Source: Leptogorgia sarmentosa (taxonomy: Eukaryota). Taken from it: a stretch of 53,747 nucleotides of DNA. The notes beneath the pieces are model-generated. The model was not told the origin of the DNA, ran no database searches, and saw only the letters and a list, made by a program, of their open reading frames with translations. Positions 51,539 to 53,747 of this stretch are shown here, one piece after another. The stretch is from assembly GCA_964658305.1 (NCBI GenBank), contig OZ210885.1:26474001-26527747 (forward strand). The letters run 5' to 3'. The position numbers were made by a program, and so were the translations under genes. Each line of letters begins with the position of its first letter. Position 1 is the stretch's first letter.

Positions 51539-53737
51539 TCAGTGATCATTTTTTTTTTTACCATGAACGCTTTCGAAAATATCTTCTGGTAAAGTTCGAA
51601 GTTCATAAGCTTTGTTGTGTTGACTCCAAACGATATCTAACGGAAATATTAACGATTTAGTCGACTCAGTCCAAACACGGCCTGGGGTAAGGCGAAACAA
51701 ATTTTCTTCGTTTTCTACACGCTTCAAGTGAATCAAATGCACTTCGGATTTATTGAAATTGTATCGAGCAACTTTTGCTAAAAAGAATTCAATGCTGTCG
51801 GCTGTCGAAATTGGATCCAACAGTGCCACGATGTCCCCTTGCTTTGGTTGAAGATCAAATTCCTCTCCCGAACTTTCCGCATCATTTTCCCCTGAAACAA
51901 CCGAAACCTCTGTACTATCATCGCATTCACGGTGGCCGAAAACATCTGCCGCAATTTTGGTGCGCAAAACCTCACGTGCCGGCTTCACAATTTCGTCTGT
52001 CGTCTGATCATTGTAAACTTGCTCTTGGTAACGAACCGAATGTTTCATCAACAAGGCCAAACTTTTCCGCATGGAAACATCTTTTGATTCATCCAAAGTC
52101 GAGAAATACGTGACGATTGAATGCCTTAGGGCTGTCGTGCTGGCACGAATTGAAACCTCGCGTTGAAAAATGTCCCCTAAATACTTAGCAATCGACGCGC
52201 TGGAGTCAAACGGTAGGCCACGCTTATTGCAGAAAAAGAAATCATGGTTGTGGCCACAAAGCAACGATGGCCTAGTGTTCAAATACGATTTTAGATAGTG
52301 TACTAAGCACTCGTCGTCGGAGAGGTCGATTCTCGAAGGACCGCAAGTTTTTGAAGTCTTGAAATCCAACTGCAGAATTATGACGCGTTCGTCTTGTTGA
52401 AAAACGATAAAATTACCCGAATCTGTGTTTTCATATTCGAAAAACCGGCTTTTTTCATTTTCGTCAAAAACCCTCATCGTTCGAAGTTCGCGGCTACGCC
52501 CCGGTATTCCTCGGACAAACGTGGCTAACAAAACAAAATCGTGCAGGTGCCGACCTTTTTTGTGGCCTTTGGATTCGAAATAACGGTCTCTTATGCTTCT
52601 TAGCGTTTCTAAGACGTGGGCGAAATAAAATTGCTGAGTCGATTTACCGGCAAGGCCTTCTTTCGAGCGTTTCGCAAGCATTGTACTTTCCCTTTGAAAC
52701 TGGCGTTGAAATGATTTGTAGGATTGGATCGGAGCAGAAGAACTTGGGTCCGTGCTGGAATTACGTAAATTAAATTTCACAACATTAATTGCTGCAGTAA
52801 TTGTCGCGACTAATGTAGACGGCTTAAGCTTGCGTGCGTCTTTCAAATGTTCTAAGTACTTTGTAAATAGCTCAACGTTGTTAAAATGATCTAACGATAA
52901 CTGTTCGATTTTCCTACCATTCTTGCAGTAGAAAAGGAAGCACATTACTCGCTCCCTCATCTTGTCAAGCGTAGCTTTTGCAAGTGCAGGCCCCGGCCTG
53001 CTAGGATTTAACGTGCGTTGATAAAAGTGGACAAGTTCGTTCAGCTCCCCCTTTAAACTATCGGTGCATTCATCAAGGGACAATTGCGTCCGTTTGCGAC
53101 CTTTCGGCGTACTAGGCGTACCTGGTTCTGCTGCTGGTGTAGTTTCGGCAGGTTTGTCCACTTCAATTTTCGCACCACAGCTGCTAGAGGAGGGGGGGGG
53201 CGGCGGTGGCGAGGGGACGTCAGGTTTAATGACAATTTGTGGGAACGGCGGTTCTTCTTCGGAACTCTCGCTGTACGATACAATGCCAATGGCACAGGGA
53301 GGAGGAGGATGTTCTTTAGCGGTGGGCTTAGAAGGCGATTCGCCACTGACATGGGTCGTTTGATGAGCAATGGCACAGGGAGGAGGGGGACGTTCCTTAG
53401 CGGCGGGCTTAGAAGGCGATTCGCCACTGACAGGGGTCGTTTGATGAGAAGAACTTGGAAGAAATCTAGCTCGCTTCGTACCTTGCAATTCTTTCAGGCG
53501 TTCCAGGTCTGCGTCTTTGATGAGGCCAAATGATGCTCGCAGGCCCGGATTTCTGTCTTTAAAACACGACCGTTCGTTAGTTGTGCAGCTCAGCAACTGA
53601 ATGTCAAGTGACCTGCACCAGTTTCGGACGGTAGATTTCGGAACATTGGGAAAATAATGCTTGCAAACTTCGATGAAACAGAATAGCTTGCCATTTTCTC
53701 GTTCGACGCACGTTAATTCTTCCACTTTACAATCAGT
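51539..53737 (-). CDS. Tyrosine recombinase / phage-integrase-family protein, multi-domain; 5' exon lies outside the window
   Basis: Catalytic signature: PGRSREL (R, 52496), DFKTSK (K, 52358), TALRH (52121-52135), LMKHS (H, 52040) and QVY (Y, 52013, nine residues after H). A core-binding-like helical region (YLEHLKDARKLKPST) precedes it. The ORF starts at GTG just after an in-frame TAG that doubles as an acceptor (TTTGTATAG|ACT at 53738/53737). Confidence 0.9.
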   Translation of the reverse strand, partial: TDCKVEELTCVERENGKLFCFIEVCKHYFPNVPKSTVRNWCRSLDIQLLSCTTNERSCFKDRNPGLRASFGLIKDADLERLKELQGTKRARFLPSSSHQTTPVSGESPSKPAAKERPPPPCAIAHQTTHVSGESPSKPTAKEHPPPPCAIGIVSYSESSEEEPPFPQIVIKPDVPSPPPPPPSSSSCGAKIEVDKPAETTPAAEPGTPSTPKGRKRTQLSLDECTDSLKGELNELVHFYQRTLNPSRPGPALAKATLDKMRERVMCFLFYCKNGRKIEQLSLDHFNNVELFTKYLEHLKDARKLKPSTLVATITAAINVVKFNLRNSSTDPSSSAPIQSYKSFQRQFQRESTMLAKRSKEGLAGKSTQQFYFAHVLETLRSIRDRYFESKGHKKGRHLHDFVLLATFVRGIPGRSRELRTMRVFDENEKSRFFEYENTDSGNFIVFQQDERVIILQLDFKTSKTCGPSRIDLSDDECLVHYLKSYLNTRPSLLCGHNHDFFFCNKRGLPFDSSASIAKYLGDIFQREVSIRASTTALRHSIVTYFSTLDESKDVSMRKSLALLMKHSVRYQEQVYNDQTTDEIVKPAREVLRTKIAADVFGHRECDDSTEVSVVSGENDAESSGEEFDLQPKQGDIVALLDPISTADSIEFFLAKVARYNFNKSEVHLIHLKRVENEENLFRLTPGRVWTESTKSLIFPLDIVWSQHNKAYELRTLPEDIFESVHGKKKNDH
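53287..53448 (-). repeat. In-frame 81-bp (27-aa) tandem duplication in the recombinase proline-rich linker
   Basis: HQTTPVSGESPSKPAAKERPPPPCAIA versus HQTTHVSGESPSKPTAKEHPPPPCAIG. Confidence 0.93.
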
Positions 53738-53747
53738 CTATACAAAG

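Larger units (their letters stand above)
44905..53747. mobile_element. Putative tyrosine-recombinase mobile element (Crypton-like or virus-derived) carrying a SET-domain gene; boundaries uncertain, extends beyond the window
   Basis: An intact YR gene lies convergent with a divergent SET gene in a subtelomere. Eukaryotic YRs are mostly element-borne. The left limit is a guess based on the palindrome and a lone TTAGGG; no terminal repeat pair is visible. Confidence 0.4.

Noticed and set aside
46190..53533. Many short ORFs overlapping the SET and YR genes in other frames or strands
   Set aside because: These are shadow ORFs of GC-rich coding sequence with no independent support.
51539..53737. 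Bacterial or phage contamination, or a DIRS retroelement, as the source of the integrase
   Set aside because: The gene is contiguous with a telomere, appears to need splicing and has a eukaryote-style proline-rich linker. No RT/RNase H is in view, although sequence beyond the window is unseen.

Overview
Eukaryotic genomic scaffold, probably from an invertebrate animal (inferred from TTAGGG telomeres, GT-AG introns and a Ski/Dach-like domain). Positions 1-37176 are a centromere-like 141-bp AT-rich satellite (~263 copies). It has a heterogeneous part with segmental duplications (1-~24100) and a near-perfectly homogeneous part (~24100-37176). A 200-N scaffold gap follows, then a ~1.4-kb (CCCTAA)n telomere in chromosome-start orientation, so the join is suspect. 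Next come two subtelomeric tandem arrays (639 bp x ~2.6; 371-387 bp x ~8.4 with an internal octamer microsatellite) and a 35-bp near-perfect palindrome. Two convergent genes lie within ~7-15 kb of the telomere. The first is a predicted 4-exon, 936-aa protein with a divergent C-terminal SET domain; it joins ORFs that the ORF track lists separately. The second is a tyrosine recombinase (>=728 aa, 5' exon outside the window) with an apparent N-terminal Ski/Sno/Dach-like domain and a C-terminal SH3/Tudor/BAH-like barrel. The best candidate for an undescribed system is this telomere-proximal YR + SET cassette, possibly a Crypton-like or virus-derived mobile element carrying chromatin functions. All domain calls are by eye; no searches were run.
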